A DNA stretch of 64,000 nt from an uncultured Verrucomicrobiae bacterium (GTDB lineage Bacteria; Verrucomicrobiota; Verrucomicrobiia; Chthoniobacterales; JAFAMB01): positions 32,001 through 96,000 of the forward strand of contig CAVXLD010000009.1 of the NCBI GenBank assembly GCA_963762565.1, in the 5' to 3' direction. The notes under the pieces are model-generated. The model saw only the letters and a list, made by a program, of their open reading frames with translations, had not been told where the DNA came from and did no database searches. The translations under genes and the position numbers were made by a program. Shown here piece by piece: positions 17,252-26,311 of this stretch (position 1 is its first letter; every line of letters begins with the position of its first letter).

Positions 17252-17356
17252 TTTGCTCGAAATAGTGATCTTCTACTATTCTGTTCAAGATTAGTATTTG
17301 GCTTGAAATCGGCGCCTTACGACCGTCAAGGTCCATCAAAGAAGTCACGCACTGTG

Positions 17357-18022
17357 TCACCCATCCGTACCATTCCTGGACGCCGGCGGCGGGCTAAAGG
17401 GATCAAGCACACTAGGCCGGGTCGGCGCTTCCAAATTGGAAATGCGAGCGGCCATTCTAAGTACCCCCCAACCGACGCCCTCGGCCAACACCACGTTGTC
17501 TACCTCCGTCTCGGCGAAACTCTCTCGCCCGAGAAATTCTAACAACAACCGAACCCGCTCGTGCCCGGGCACAACATGCGTAACCACCGCTTCGATTCCG
17601 GCCAAGGGTCCCTTTAACAATCGCACCCGCTCGCCAGGCACCAAAGCCCGCACTAACTGGCCCACCGCCCCGTCATCTCCGGTCTCCGCCCGCAGCTCCT
17701 CGATTATGTTATCCGCTATCTCTGGATACCATTCGCCAAAACGCACCAAGCACGACACACCGTGTGCGCTACGCACTTGCGGCAGCATCTCTTTCAATGA
17801 AAAACGCGCGAAGAAATACCCAGGAAACAGGGCTTCGGTCACCCAAATCCATCCGTCCTTGCCAGGGCGTCGAAAGCGGATCCGCGGGCAAAAAACTGAG
17901 GTATCTCCTAATACCTTCACGTGGGCGGCAGCAACCTGTTCGAGCTTCCTTCTTGAGCGCAGGCAATACCACGCCGCGCCGTCTCCCAGCTGCTGCCTCG
18001 CCCCGTTAACTCTTTCCTGCAT
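17357..18022 (-). CDS. RfaH/NusG-paralogue transcription antitermination factor
   Basis: WYCLRS, EALFPGYFF, GVSCLVRFG (NGN domain) and KOW-like GERVRLLKGPLAGIEAV...RVRLLLEFLGR. Confidence 0.88.
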   Translation of the reverse strand: MQERVNGARQQLGDGAAWYCLRSRRKLEQVAAAHVKVLGDTSVFCPRIRFRRPGKDGWIWVTEALFPGYFFARFSLKEMLPQVRSAHGVSCLVRFGEWYPEIADNIIEELRAETGDDGAVGQLVRALVPGERVRLLKGPLAGIEAVVTHVVPGHERVRLLLEFLGRESFAETEVDNVVLAEGVGWGVLRMAARISNLEAPTRPSVLDPFSPPPASRNGTDG

Positions 18023-18319
18023 AAGCGATATTCTGAGTTAGCTTGATAGACAAAGAGGTGTACCAGTCAGGTGTTAGTTTAGGTAGTCAGGAATTGACCT
18101 GAATGGAAGCTCAGGTGCTTTATTCCGCCAAGGAACCCGACAGGCAAGCCTAGAAGTGTTAACGTTAGCATATTGATTCGAATTGATGGAACCTTAACCT
18201 GCATATGGTAATTATAATGGTTACTGCAAATCAGCTTGCTGCCGCGGAGCCGCTGGTATTGGAGAATTCCCTATTTGCGCCCTTCCGCAATTAGACCTTC
18301 TGAGTAGCCGACTAGTGCT

Positions 18320-18931
18320 TTAGAGATGACACTCACACTTTTGCGCCATGCGGACCAGTTCCGGAACGGAACCAGCCTTCATCTTTTGCATGACTCCCTT
18401 GCGATGGATTTTGACGGTGAATTCACTGGTCCCCAATATATCCGCAATCTGTTTGTTCATGAGGCCTGCGACGACATGCTTCAACACTTCTCGTTCCCTT
18501 TGGGTTAGACGCTCGTATCGAGCGCAACATTCTTGTATCTCGGCGCCTTCTTTTCGATTTTCCCGGTCAAGTTTGATGGCCACAGCAATGGCATCGAGCA
18601 AGACCTGATCTCGGAAAGGCTTGGTGAGAAATTCTACGGCCCCGGCCTTCATCGCCTGCACGGACATGGGAATGTCGCCGTGACCGGTAATGTAAATGAT
18701 CGGGAGCCCGCTCCCGTTCAACTCACGCTGAAGCTCTAGCCCACTCAATCCTGGCAGACGAACATCAAGCACCAGAGCGGCGGGGACATCTGGCCGCTTA
18801 AATTCCAAGAATTCTTCGGCTGATGAAAATACGTTCGCGCGCATTCCGATGGAACGGAAGAGGCGCGACAGGGCTTCCCTCATGGAAACATCGTCGTCGA
18901 TTGCAAAAACGATGGGCTCTGCTTTATCCAC
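18320..18931 (-). CDS. FixJ/NodW-type response regulator
   Basis: IDDD, LDVRLPG, ITGHGDIPMSVQAMKAGAVEFLTKP and LuxR HTH LTQREREV. Encoded on the minus strand although the track labels it +; likely GTG start at 18931. Confidence 0.93.
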   Translation of the reverse strand: MDKAEPIVFAIDDDVSMREALSRLFRSIGMRANVFSSAEEFLEFKRPDVPAALVLDVRLPGLSGLELQRELNGSGLPIIYITGHGDIPMSVQAMKAGAVEFLTKPFRDQVLLDAIAVAIKLDRENRKEGAEIQECCARYERLTQREREVLKHVVAGLMNKQIADILGTSEFTVKIHRKGVMQKMKAGSVPELVRMAQKCECHL

Positions 18932-20120
18932 CGCGTCGCTCCCGATCGAATGGCAGCGTAAAGCAAAAGGTACTGCCGCGTTCTCCCTTAGCTGCCCAAA
19001 GCCGGCCGCCATGCGCCTCTATAATTGAACGCGAAATAGTGAGTCCCATTCCTATACCATTCGTTTTCGTGGTAAAAAACGGTTCGAATATCCGGTTAGA
19101 ATGTTTAGGATCGATGCCGGCGCCAGAGTCGGCTACTTGCACCAGTAAATTACCTAAAACCTGCGTTTCCGTCCGAATCCATAGAACGCGGGAATATTGG
19201 CTCACCTCGAGCATTGCTTCGATCGCATTCATTAGCAGGTTCAACATGACCTGCTGCAATTGCACCCGGTCGGCCATCACCAGCGGCGGTTCTTGCTGGA
19301 GCTTGAGCCGCAATAGGACACCGCTTCGCTCAACTTTGTCATTCGTCCAGGCAACGACTTCCTGAACAACGCTGTTGATGTCCAGGCGCTCACGCAGGCC
19401 TTCTCCAGGTCCAACCAGTTTACGGGTACGCACCAAGACGTCACTGGCCCGGGTACCGTCTCGGATGATTGCCTCGACGGCTTGGCGAGCTTCCTCTATA
19501 TTTGGCGGGGTGCCTTCAAGCCAGCGTAAGCAGGCATCCCCATTGACCACAATACTGCCGAGCGGCTGATTAACCTCGTGCGCGATTGAGGCAGCCAACT
19601 CTCCCATCGTAGTAATTCTGGCAATTCGAGCTAACTCATTTTGCGACCGCAGTAACCCTTCCTGGGCCGCACGCCGCTCTGCGATTTCAGATTGGAGCCG
19701 CAGATACGCTTGGTTCAGATCGGCAGTTCTTTCTCTGACCTTGGCATCGAGCTCGTCACGCGCTTGCCGGAGCGAGCTCTTTACTTTTCTTTGGTCGCTA
19801 TTCAACCAACTAATAAACAAAGCGGTGGCACTGAAGGCCAACATGTCCGGGATCTCGTCCGGACTGATTCCCAAGGAATAGAAGGGCGGAATGAAATAAT
19901 AATCGAGTGCTAGCCAGGACAGAAGCGCTGACAACAGACCAGGCCAGAGTCCGCCGTACCAGCTGGAAATCATGACCGCGCAAAAGAAAAAGGTAAGTGA
20001 GTGCTTGAGGGCGGAACCCAGGCAAAGCGTGATCAGTACTGCCAGCCACACCGTTACAATCGCAACAAAGTAACTAGAAAAATATTGCCCCCACACCACT
20101 TTCCCACTGGATGTGAACAT
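18924..20120 (-). CDS. Membrane sensor histidine kinase (DUF4118-like input, NodV-like core)
   Basis: Four hydrophobic segments, GELAASIAHEVNQPL, DRVQLQQV..N, DSGAG, FEPFFTTK, GMGL. Confidence 0.92.
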   Translation of the reverse strand: MFTSSGKVVWGQYFSSYFVAIVTVWLAVLITLCLGSALKHSLTFFFCAVMISSWYGGLWPGLLSALLSWLALDYYFIPPFYSLGISPDEIPDMLAFSATALFISWLNSDQRKVKSSLRQARDELDAKVRERTADLNQAYLRLQSEIAERRAAQEGLLRSQNELARIARITTMGELAASIAHEVNQPLGSIVVNGDACLRWLEGTPPNIEEARQAVEAIIRDGTRASDVLVRTRKLVGPGEGLRERLDINSVVQEVVAWTNDKVERSGVLLRLKLQQEPPLVMADRVQLQQVMLNLLMNAIEAMLEVSQYSRVLWIRTETQVLGNLLVQVADSGAGIDPKHSNRIFEPFFTTKTNGIGMGLTISRSIIEAHGGRLWAAKGERGSTFCFTLPFDRERRGG

Positions 20121-20636
20121 ATTACAGATCTTAAATCTTTCATTCCATCCTGGGAGACTTCCCTGAGCGAATTCGACAAACTGATCGAACGTTAATCCGC
20201 GCCGTTCGGCCTAGGCGGCCTGTTGGCGAGAGCACCTTTCCATCATTCCTTCTGAAAAGCTGCTCGGCGCAACCTATCGTTCAATGGAGCTTTTGCAACT
20301 TCAAGAGACTCGTTCAATTCAAATTGATTTAGAAATCCTCGCCTAGGATTGAGGGAGCGGCAAAACCCGGAAGCCTTCCCCGAGCTTATGCTATCAGGTC
20401 GCGCCTATATAGCGGTAATAGTAGTGCCAGTAATTATAAAATTCCCTAAAGATTTTAGTCTTGTTGCGGCCGAAAGCCGTATTAGACGGTATCCAGTATC
20501 CACCTTCCGAAGATTTGGCAACGAAGTTTCTTCAACGCTTCGTGGCTCGGCGTGCTTCAAATTCCATCAGGCCGTTTCGGAATCGATGCTCGTTCGTTCT
20601 CCCTTGCGTGTCACTCCCCGGATCGTATCATCTGGA

Positions 20637-21161
20637 ATGCGAACGCCAACCCGGCACGCGCTGTTGACAGCGCTTCTGTTTGGTGGAGTCGTTTTAACGG
20701 GCAAGGCTGATAACCCGATCTCAAGCGAACTCCAGAATAAATCCGGCGCACCAGAAGTCTATCGAGTGGAGAACCAACACGCGGCGATGCACAAAGCGGT
20801 GGATCAAGCTCGCAAAACGGTTGGTGAATTTATCAAGGCCGTACAGCATCCCGCTACGGGACAGACGGACTTTGAGGTCAAGAAGCCCTTTGTCCAGGGT
20901 AACGAAGTCGAACACATTTGGTTGTCCGATGTCGAGTTTGTGGGCGGGCGATTCAAAGGCAAAGTGGATAACGCACCGATGAAGATCCACGGATTGAAGA
21001 TGGGGCAAGTGGTGTCGGTTAATCCTGACGAAATTTCGGATTGGGCTTACGTCGATAACGGCAAGTTAGTCGGTGGCTATACCATCCGGGTGCATTATAA
21101 CGAACTCTCACCGGCCGAGAAGAAGGAGTTCCAGCAGCAAGCCGACTTCAAAATTGAGTGA
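20637..21161 (+). CDS. Exported YegJ/DUF2314 family protein
   Basis: Signal peptide followed by A...AR.T...F, EHIWL, ISDW and GGYT motifs. ATG 20637 preferred over the track start. Confidence 0.85.
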   Translation: MRTPTRHALLTALLFGGVVLTGKADNPISSELQNKSGAPEVYRVENQHAAMHKAVDQARKTVGEFIKAVQHPATGQTDFEVKKPFVQGNEVEHIWLSDVEFVGGRFKGKVDNAPMKIHGLKMGQVVSVNPDEISDWAYVDNGKLVGGYTIRVHYNELSPAEKKEFQQQADFKIE

Positions 21162-21185
21162 GCGACAGCAGCACTCGCAAATCAA

Positions 21186-21488
21186 ATGAAAGCGATCAAG
21201 AGAATCCTGCTGCTTGGCCTTGCTAGCACGGCTTTATTATTTGCCGGATGCGAGGGTGCTTCCGTGACCGGTTCTTATGTGGGCGGTGGTTATGTGGGCG
21301 GTCCTTATGTTGGCCCCTATTACGGCGGTTGGGGGCCGTACGGCGGTGGTGACTTTATCTTCGGCGGAACCCACTACTACCACAGCTACGGCTACCACCA
21401 TTTCTACGGCCATAGCTTTAGCGTTCATCATTTTGGTGGCGGCGGGTTTCATGGGGGCGGACATGGTGGAGGTGGCGGTCACCGCTAA
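21186..21488 (+). CDS. Gly/Tyr/His-rich small lipoprotein
   Basis: Lipobox LFAGC followed by low-complexity YVGG repeats and a His/Gly-rich tail. Confidence 0.75.
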   Translation: MKAIKRILLLGLASTALLFAGCEGASVTGSYVGGGYVGGPYVGPYYGGWGPYGGGDFIFGGTHYYHSYGYHHFYGHSFSVHHFGGGGFHGGGHGGGGGHR

Positions 21489-21550
21489 GACCGTGGAGCG
21501 CTGCCTTCCCGCGGCCGCGGGACAAGGCCGATTCGGTCGGAACCGTGGAA

Positions 21551-21624
21551 CGCGCTCGGCGGGACTCGAACCCACGACCCAGGGATTAGAAATCCCTTGC
21601 TCTATCCAGCTGAGCTACGAGCGC
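21551..21624 (-). tRNA. tRNA-Arg (TCT), no encoded CCA
   Basis: GCGCTCGTAGCTCAGCTGGATAGAGC-AAGGGATT-TCT-AATCCCT-GGGTCGTGGGTTCGAGTCCCGCCGAGCGCG folds as a cloverleaf. Confidence 0.96.
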
Positions 21625-21753
21625 TAATGCACCGGATTGAAGGATGGGAAGGTTAACCTAGGATAGCGCAAGGTCAATCGGGGAAGTCCAGGACCGCGCC
21701 GGGACAGCTTCGAAATCCCACTCGGGCTCGCGGCGGGTCAGCTGAGCAGTCCG

Positions 21754-22179
21754 TTAACCTTCGCATGTAGACCCATCCGGTCTGAACCCGGTAATTTCTC
21801 TTCGCTTGCCTCCGACCACCGGTAGTGACATCAGAAGAATATTGAGCTGGGAATCGTGCTGCACCAGCCTCACTTCTGAATTATCGCCATCCAGAATTCC
21901 TGTGAGAATGATCATCTGCGGATTCTTATATCCAACTCTTTCGACTCTGATTTTCACGGCCGAGCCGAAGGACGCCAGCATTACGGCAACTTCTCTTTCC
22001 GGTGGTAATGTCGCTTTGTAATCGTTGAGCTCATTCAGCAGCTTTTCGCAGGTGGCTTCCGCACGCTCGGAAGTTGAGACAATGGATATTGGCTTCAGAT
22101 CGCTAATCTGCTCGGCCAGAGGCGGCGGTTTGCTCCAGTCCTGCGTCCGTCGTTTGTGCTTCAAAACAATGTTTGTCAT
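21754..22179 (-). CDS. DUF6173-like hypothetical protein
   Basis: EV...LASFG...I.V..VGY.NP.MI...G...LVQH.SQLNILL pattern recalled for this family. Confidence 0.65.
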   Translation of the reverse strand: MTNIVLKHKRRTQDWSKPPPLAEQISDLKPISIVSTSERAEATCEKLLNELNDYKATLPPEREVAVMLASFGSAVKIRVERVGYKNPQMIILTGILDGDNSEVRLVQHDSQLNILLMSLPVVGGKRREITGFRPDGSTCEG

Positions 22180-22380
22180 GGTCGGGGAACTAAAAACGCT
22201 GCGGTGGTTTATCGGGGCCTGTCTCCATCTTTTATTGTGACGCTAGGCAGGACCAGAGACAACGTTGTTTTTAGAGTGTGGAACCAAGGATGACTCAACA
22301 ATTTCGGCTGACCGAGCCCCTTGGGCTCTCACTTGAGACCTATCCTTGAACCTTTTGCTCGTTTTAGCTAAACCGCGCCA

Positions 22381-22644
22381 ATGAGCACCACCGACCTGGC
22401 CGAATTGGAAACTCGTTTACGCCGGCTTGAACTGCAAAATCGCGCCCTGATTTTGCTGGTTCTCGGGTTTGCCGGTATCGGGTCGATCGCCGCGACTAAC
22501 CGGCCATCCCGTATCGCCGCCGACGAGATCCTCACCTCCCACTTAATCATCGTCGATAACCGCGGCAAAGTTTTAACCGAGACACAAGGTGTTAACGGAA
22601 AAATCAATATCAGTAGATACGCCGAGCAGGAATTTTACTACTAA
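22381..22644 (+). CDS. Small membrane-anchored hypothetical protein
   Basis: LETRLRRLE.QNR coiled coil, a TM segment, then L.IVDNRGK. Confidence 0.6.
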   Translation: MSTTDLAELETRLRRLELQNRALILLVLGFAGIGSIAATNRPSRIAADEILTSHLIIVDNRGKVLTETQGVNGKINISRYAEQEFYY

Positions 22645-22802
22645 CAGGTACTAACCAGGCACAGGCTATCGAGCTTCTAGGTAGAAGTGTTCTTTTGTTT
22701 GATCGGAATCGAGCTGGAACCCGGAGTTAGTCATTTTCCGAGAGGCGGTACGGCCGGCCTCCCTCGCTTGTAAACAGCTCAGATTTGAATTACTAAAGTG
22801 AC

Positions 22803-23003
22803 GTGGAGAATGGATTCGCACGGATGTTCCTCCTCCCCCTGATCGGGGCAGTATTTTTGTTCTCCGCCTGTACCAGCTACGAAGACTCAACGCACCACGG
22901 TTCCCGGACACAAGACGGCTGGTACGGAGGACAAGATGCCTATCAAAAGACCGGACAACCATCAATGCTCTCGGGCTGGCGGCCAGAATATGATGGGGAT
23001 TAA
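22803..23003 (+). CDS. Small putative lipoprotein
   Basis: Hydrophobic leader with FSAC lipobox. Confidence 0.5.
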   Translation: MENGFARMFLLPLIGAVFLFSACTSYEDSTHHGSRTQDGWYGGQDAYQKTGQPSMLSGWRPEYDGD

Positions 23004-23245
23004 GGGCGCGGCCTGCACGGAGCGGAATGTGAAAAGTGAAAGGTGAAAAGAAAAGCCACGCGCAGCCTCTCACTTCTCACGGAGCAAGCTGCACTGCGGT
23101 GCCTACGGCTATCGGCCTCGCAAGCGAGGCAGCGCTCCACGGCGCGCTCGTCCTTGAGTTTTCGCGCACCTGCCCCACATTACCCCCTTCCACGATGGAA
23201 ATAGGGCAATTACAAGACGTAACACAAACTAGGGGAGGAAAATTC

Positions 23246-24319
23246 ATGACGAAAACAGTTAAGCTTTTTATTCCGGGGCCGGTTGAAGTGTCGCCGAAGA
23301 CTTTCGCGGCGATGACGGCGCCCATGATCGGGCATCGCAGCGGGGATTTTAAGAATCTGTACCGCGAGATTCATCCGCGTCTGCAAACGCTTTTTCAGAC
23401 CAGTAAACAAGTCTATCTATCGACCTCTTCAGCCTGGGGGATCATGGAGGGAGCTATCCGGAACCTGGTCAATAAAGGGGTGCTCAACTGCATGTGCGGG
23501 GCGTTCTCCGATAAATGGTACGATGTGAGCCGGCGTTGCGGGAAAGAAGCATCTGCTCTGCAGGTCGAATGGGGACAACCGATTGATCCAGCGGCGGTGG
23601 ATCAGGCGTTAGCGACCGGGAAATTCGATGCTTTGACCCTCATCCACAACGAGACTTCGACCGGGGTAATGAACCCGTTGGCTGAGATCAGCGAGGTAGT
23701 TAAGAAATATCCGGATGTGGTTTTCATTTTGGATACGGTTTCCTCGTTTTCCGCGATGCCGATTCCTACAGAAGAGCTGGGGATCGATATGATTATCACC
23801 GGCAGCCAGAAAGCGTTGGCTCTACCACCCGGGTTCGCACTCTTTGCTTGCTCGGATAAAGCGATGGAACGGGCCGCCCAGGTCTCGGGACGTGGCTATT
23901 ATTTCGATCTCTTAGAGTTCAAAAAGAACGGGGAAGAATTCATGACCCCGAGTACTCCGAGCATCGCGCATATCTTCGGGCTTCGTTCCAAGCTGGAAGA
24001 TATCTTTGATGAAGGTTTAGAGAACCGGTTCCGGCGGCATCGCGAGACCAATGCGATCGTTCATGAATGGGTAAAAGAGAACGGTTTTGAGTTCTTCGCC
24101 AAGGAGGGTTTTCGCTCGGTGACTTTAACCTGCGTACGCAATAATCAGGAGATCGATGTCCCGCAGTTTACCAAAAAATTAAGGGATGAATTCGGTTTCC
24201 AGATCGATGGCGGTTACGGGAAGATCAAAGGGAAGAGTTTCCGGGTTTCGAATATGGGGGATGAGACGGTGGAGACGGTCAAACCGCTGCTCGAGGCGAT
24301 GACGCGCTGTTTGCCGTAA
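23246..24319 (+). CDS. Class V PLP aminotransferase (serine-pyruvate/alanine-glyoxylate/phosphoserine type)
   Basis: LFIPGP, HNETSTG, DTVSS, GSQKALALPPG and TPSTP motifs; RBS GGAGG before ATG 23246. Confidence 0.93.
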   Translation: MTKTVKLFIPGPVEVSPKTFAAMTAPMIGHRSGDFKNLYREIHPRLQTLFQTSKQVYLSTSSAWGIMEGAIRNLVNKGVLNCMCGAFSDKWYDVSRRCGKEASALQVEWGQPIDPAAVDQALATGKFDALTLIHNETSTGVMNPLAEISEVVKKYPDVVFILDTVSSFSAMPIPTEELGIDMIITGSQKALALPPGFALFACSDKAMERAAQVSGRGYYFDLLEFKKNGEEFMTPSTPSIAHIFGLRSKLEDIFDEGLENRFRRHRETNAIVHEWVKENGFEFFAKEGFRSVTLTCVRNNQEIDVPQFTKKLRDEFGFQIDGGYGKIKGKSFRVSNMGDETVETVKPLLEAMTRCLP

Positions 24320-24631
24320 GGCAATATCGTCCTCGTGCTCGTGCTCGTCCTCGTGCTTGAAGATTTTGGTCACGCGCTGGGCCACGGCTCGGCGCGCTTT
24401 TCGGTCTAGGCAGGTGGCGTCGCAGGTCCGATTCGGGGCCCCTGGCGATGCCAAGGGTTATTTCGGGAGCCTCGCCCCACCAACCAAGGGGCGGGCGAGC
24501 CTTTTTTAAGTTCAAAAGCGTCACGCGCGAACACATCCTTTCGAGGACGAGGACGACGACGAAGGACGAGTACGATTCCTTGACCCGCGCGATTGACACC
24601 CAGACCCAACATTATCTAGACTTCGGCCACG

Positions 24632-25126
24632 ATGAAACTTCGTGTGGCCTTCTGTGCCCTCTCGCTTCTTCTGGCGCCTCTGGCCCTGGCGAAGGAAAGG
24701 ATGCTGGTCGAAGACCCAGACAATGTTGTGGTTGGGCGATATGCGATTACCGAATCCCAGAGAGCCGAAGCTCAACAAACTGCAGAAGCGTTTCTCGCGA
24801 GCGATAAGCTGGCCCAGGTACAAAAAGCTTATGCAATCCGCTATCTGGCGGTGGACGCAGCGCTAACACCGGATCAGAGCAGCAAAGAGCCACAGTCAAT
24901 GGCGGTCGCGGAAAAGCGCTTTAACCGTTACGGGGTGGACGTCGATCCAAATCAACCAACTCACGCGGTCGTAATCTATGACACCATGTGCCATCGCGTC
25001 ATTCACGGCCGGCTTTACACGGTGACATGGCTCCCGGAAAAATATCTCTACCAGCGCATGGATAGCTACGTCGTCATGTATATCGGCTCCTGGGGCGGCG
25101 AGGGGAAAGAGTCGCTGCGGAAGTAG
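24632..25126 (+). CDS. Exported hypothetical protein
   Basis: Signal peptide MKLRVAFCALSLLLAPLALA; protein-like composition. Confidence 0.75.
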   Translation: MKLRVAFCALSLLLAPLALAKERMLVEDPDNVVVGRYAITESQRAEAQQTAEAFLASDKLAQVQKAYAIRYLAVDAALTPDQSSKEPQSMAVAEKRFNRYGVDVDPNQPTHAVVIYDTMCHRVIHGRLYTVTWLPEKYLYQRMDSYVVMYIGSWGGEGKESLRK

Positions 25127-25134
25127 GAGTTAGC

Positions 25135-25320
25135 CGTGGAGCGCTGCCTCGCTTGCGAGGCCGTGGTGCGCAAGGGGATAAAGTAACGCGCACGAAAGTT
25201 CTGCCTGCGCTCTATCGTTCATACCTTCATTCCTAGTAACAGAGCGTTGCCCGACTATAGGACTGAACGCTGCCATCCGTTGTTCACCACGGCCTCGCAA
25301 GCGAGGCAGCGCTCCACGGC
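25135..25320. repeat. Inverted pair of GGCCTCGCAAGCGAGGCAGCGCTCCAC REP-like units
   Basis: The same unit recurs at about 23114-23140, 25495-25511, 49286-49309 and 54482-54508. Confidence 0.85.
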
Positions 25321-25416
25321 TTGAGCCATTCAGCAAGGATTGACAGTGGCGCAAGCCGCTTGGCTGGCTACTCTCTTGCTTAGAAGATAGCGGCACGGCA
25401 TAGAGCGCAGACAGAC

Positions 25417-26292
25417 ATGGGCTTGCAAGACGATGTTCCCCTAGTTACCACGGCCTCGCTACCTGTCGCGCCCGTAGGCCTTGCGAAGGCGGAAGCGAGG
25501 CAGCGCTCCACGGCTCCGGCCGGCCCTCGCAATGAAACCGAGGAGCATTGGCTCCTTAAGAAACTCGCTCTTGGGTGGGCTTATCAGCGCGGATTTAACT
25601 GTATTTCCTTCGAGGTTCGGGCGCCTCGCTCCCCTTATCGGGTTGACGTAGCTGGGTATCGGCCGGCTCACGACCAGGAGTCCCCAGTCGTCGCGTTGTT
25701 CGAATGCAAACAGAATCGGCCGGATCTGGATCGCGATTCGGCCCAGACTGCAGCGATCGAGGTTGAGCTTCGTGGATCACAAGAGCGCAGACAAAATCTT
25801 GAGCGCCTGTTAGCCGTCCACTTCCCTACCGCCCGGACTCCGAGCTCGCTTTTCCCGGAGTGGGACCCGTTCGATCCCGAAAGATTGCCGCACTCCGGCT
25901 ATCGGCGGCTCATCCGAAGAATCATGGCGCTACAGCGGAAGTTGGAGGGAAACACGAAATTTGAACGGGTAACCCGGTATCGATTGGCCAATCTCCATTT
26001 TCTGGTGGCGCCAGCCGGATTGGTGAAATCGGAACGAGTACCTCCAGGCTGGGGGCTATTGGAACTGCGCAACAATGAGCAACTTGAACTCCTGATTCAG
26101 CCACGCTTTTACTCGATCACTAACGGGCTCGATTGGCTGGAACGAATTTGTAAGAACAGCACGGTTCGGTGGCTAAAGACGGTTGGGGCCCTCGCAGCGG
26201 AGACAAACGAACCCAACAATCCAACTTTAGGAAACGCGACCAGCGATCAACGTCCCTCGCCTCTGACACCCCTTTCCCTCCTTCGCCTTTGA
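25417..26292 (+). CDS. Hypothetical protein with PD-(D/E)XK nuclease-like motif (MmcB-like); start uncertain
   Basis: H..LK...A..W, FEV...RVDVAG, FECKQ..PDL, and P.GWGLL. The N-terminal ~35 aa overlap repeats. Confidence 0.65.
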   Translation: MGLQDDVPLVTTASLPVAPVGLAKAEARQRSTAPAGPRNETEEHWLLKKLALGWAYQRGFNCISFEVRAPRSPYRVDVAGYRPAHDQESPVVALFECKQNRPDLDRDSAQTAAIEVELRGSQERRQNLERLLAVHFPTARTPSSLFPEWDPFDPERLPHSGYRRLIRRIMALQRKLEGNTKFERVTRYRLANLHFLVAPAGLVKSERVPPGWGLLELRNNEQLELLIQPRFYSITNGLDWLERICKNSTVRWLKTVGALAAETNEPNNPTLGNATSDQRPSPLTPLSLLRL

Positions 26293-26311
26293 TTTTTCGG
26301 GACGGGCGATT

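Noticed and set aside
18320..19012. Track label '+' and 230-aa length for the response regulator
   Set aside because: The translation reads from the minus strand, and the N-terminal extension overlaps the kinase; GTG 18931 is more plausible.
13200..21551. Integrative island at the tRNA-Arg 3' end
   Set aside because: Accessory-looking content, but no integrase and no duplicated tRNA 3' end found by eye.
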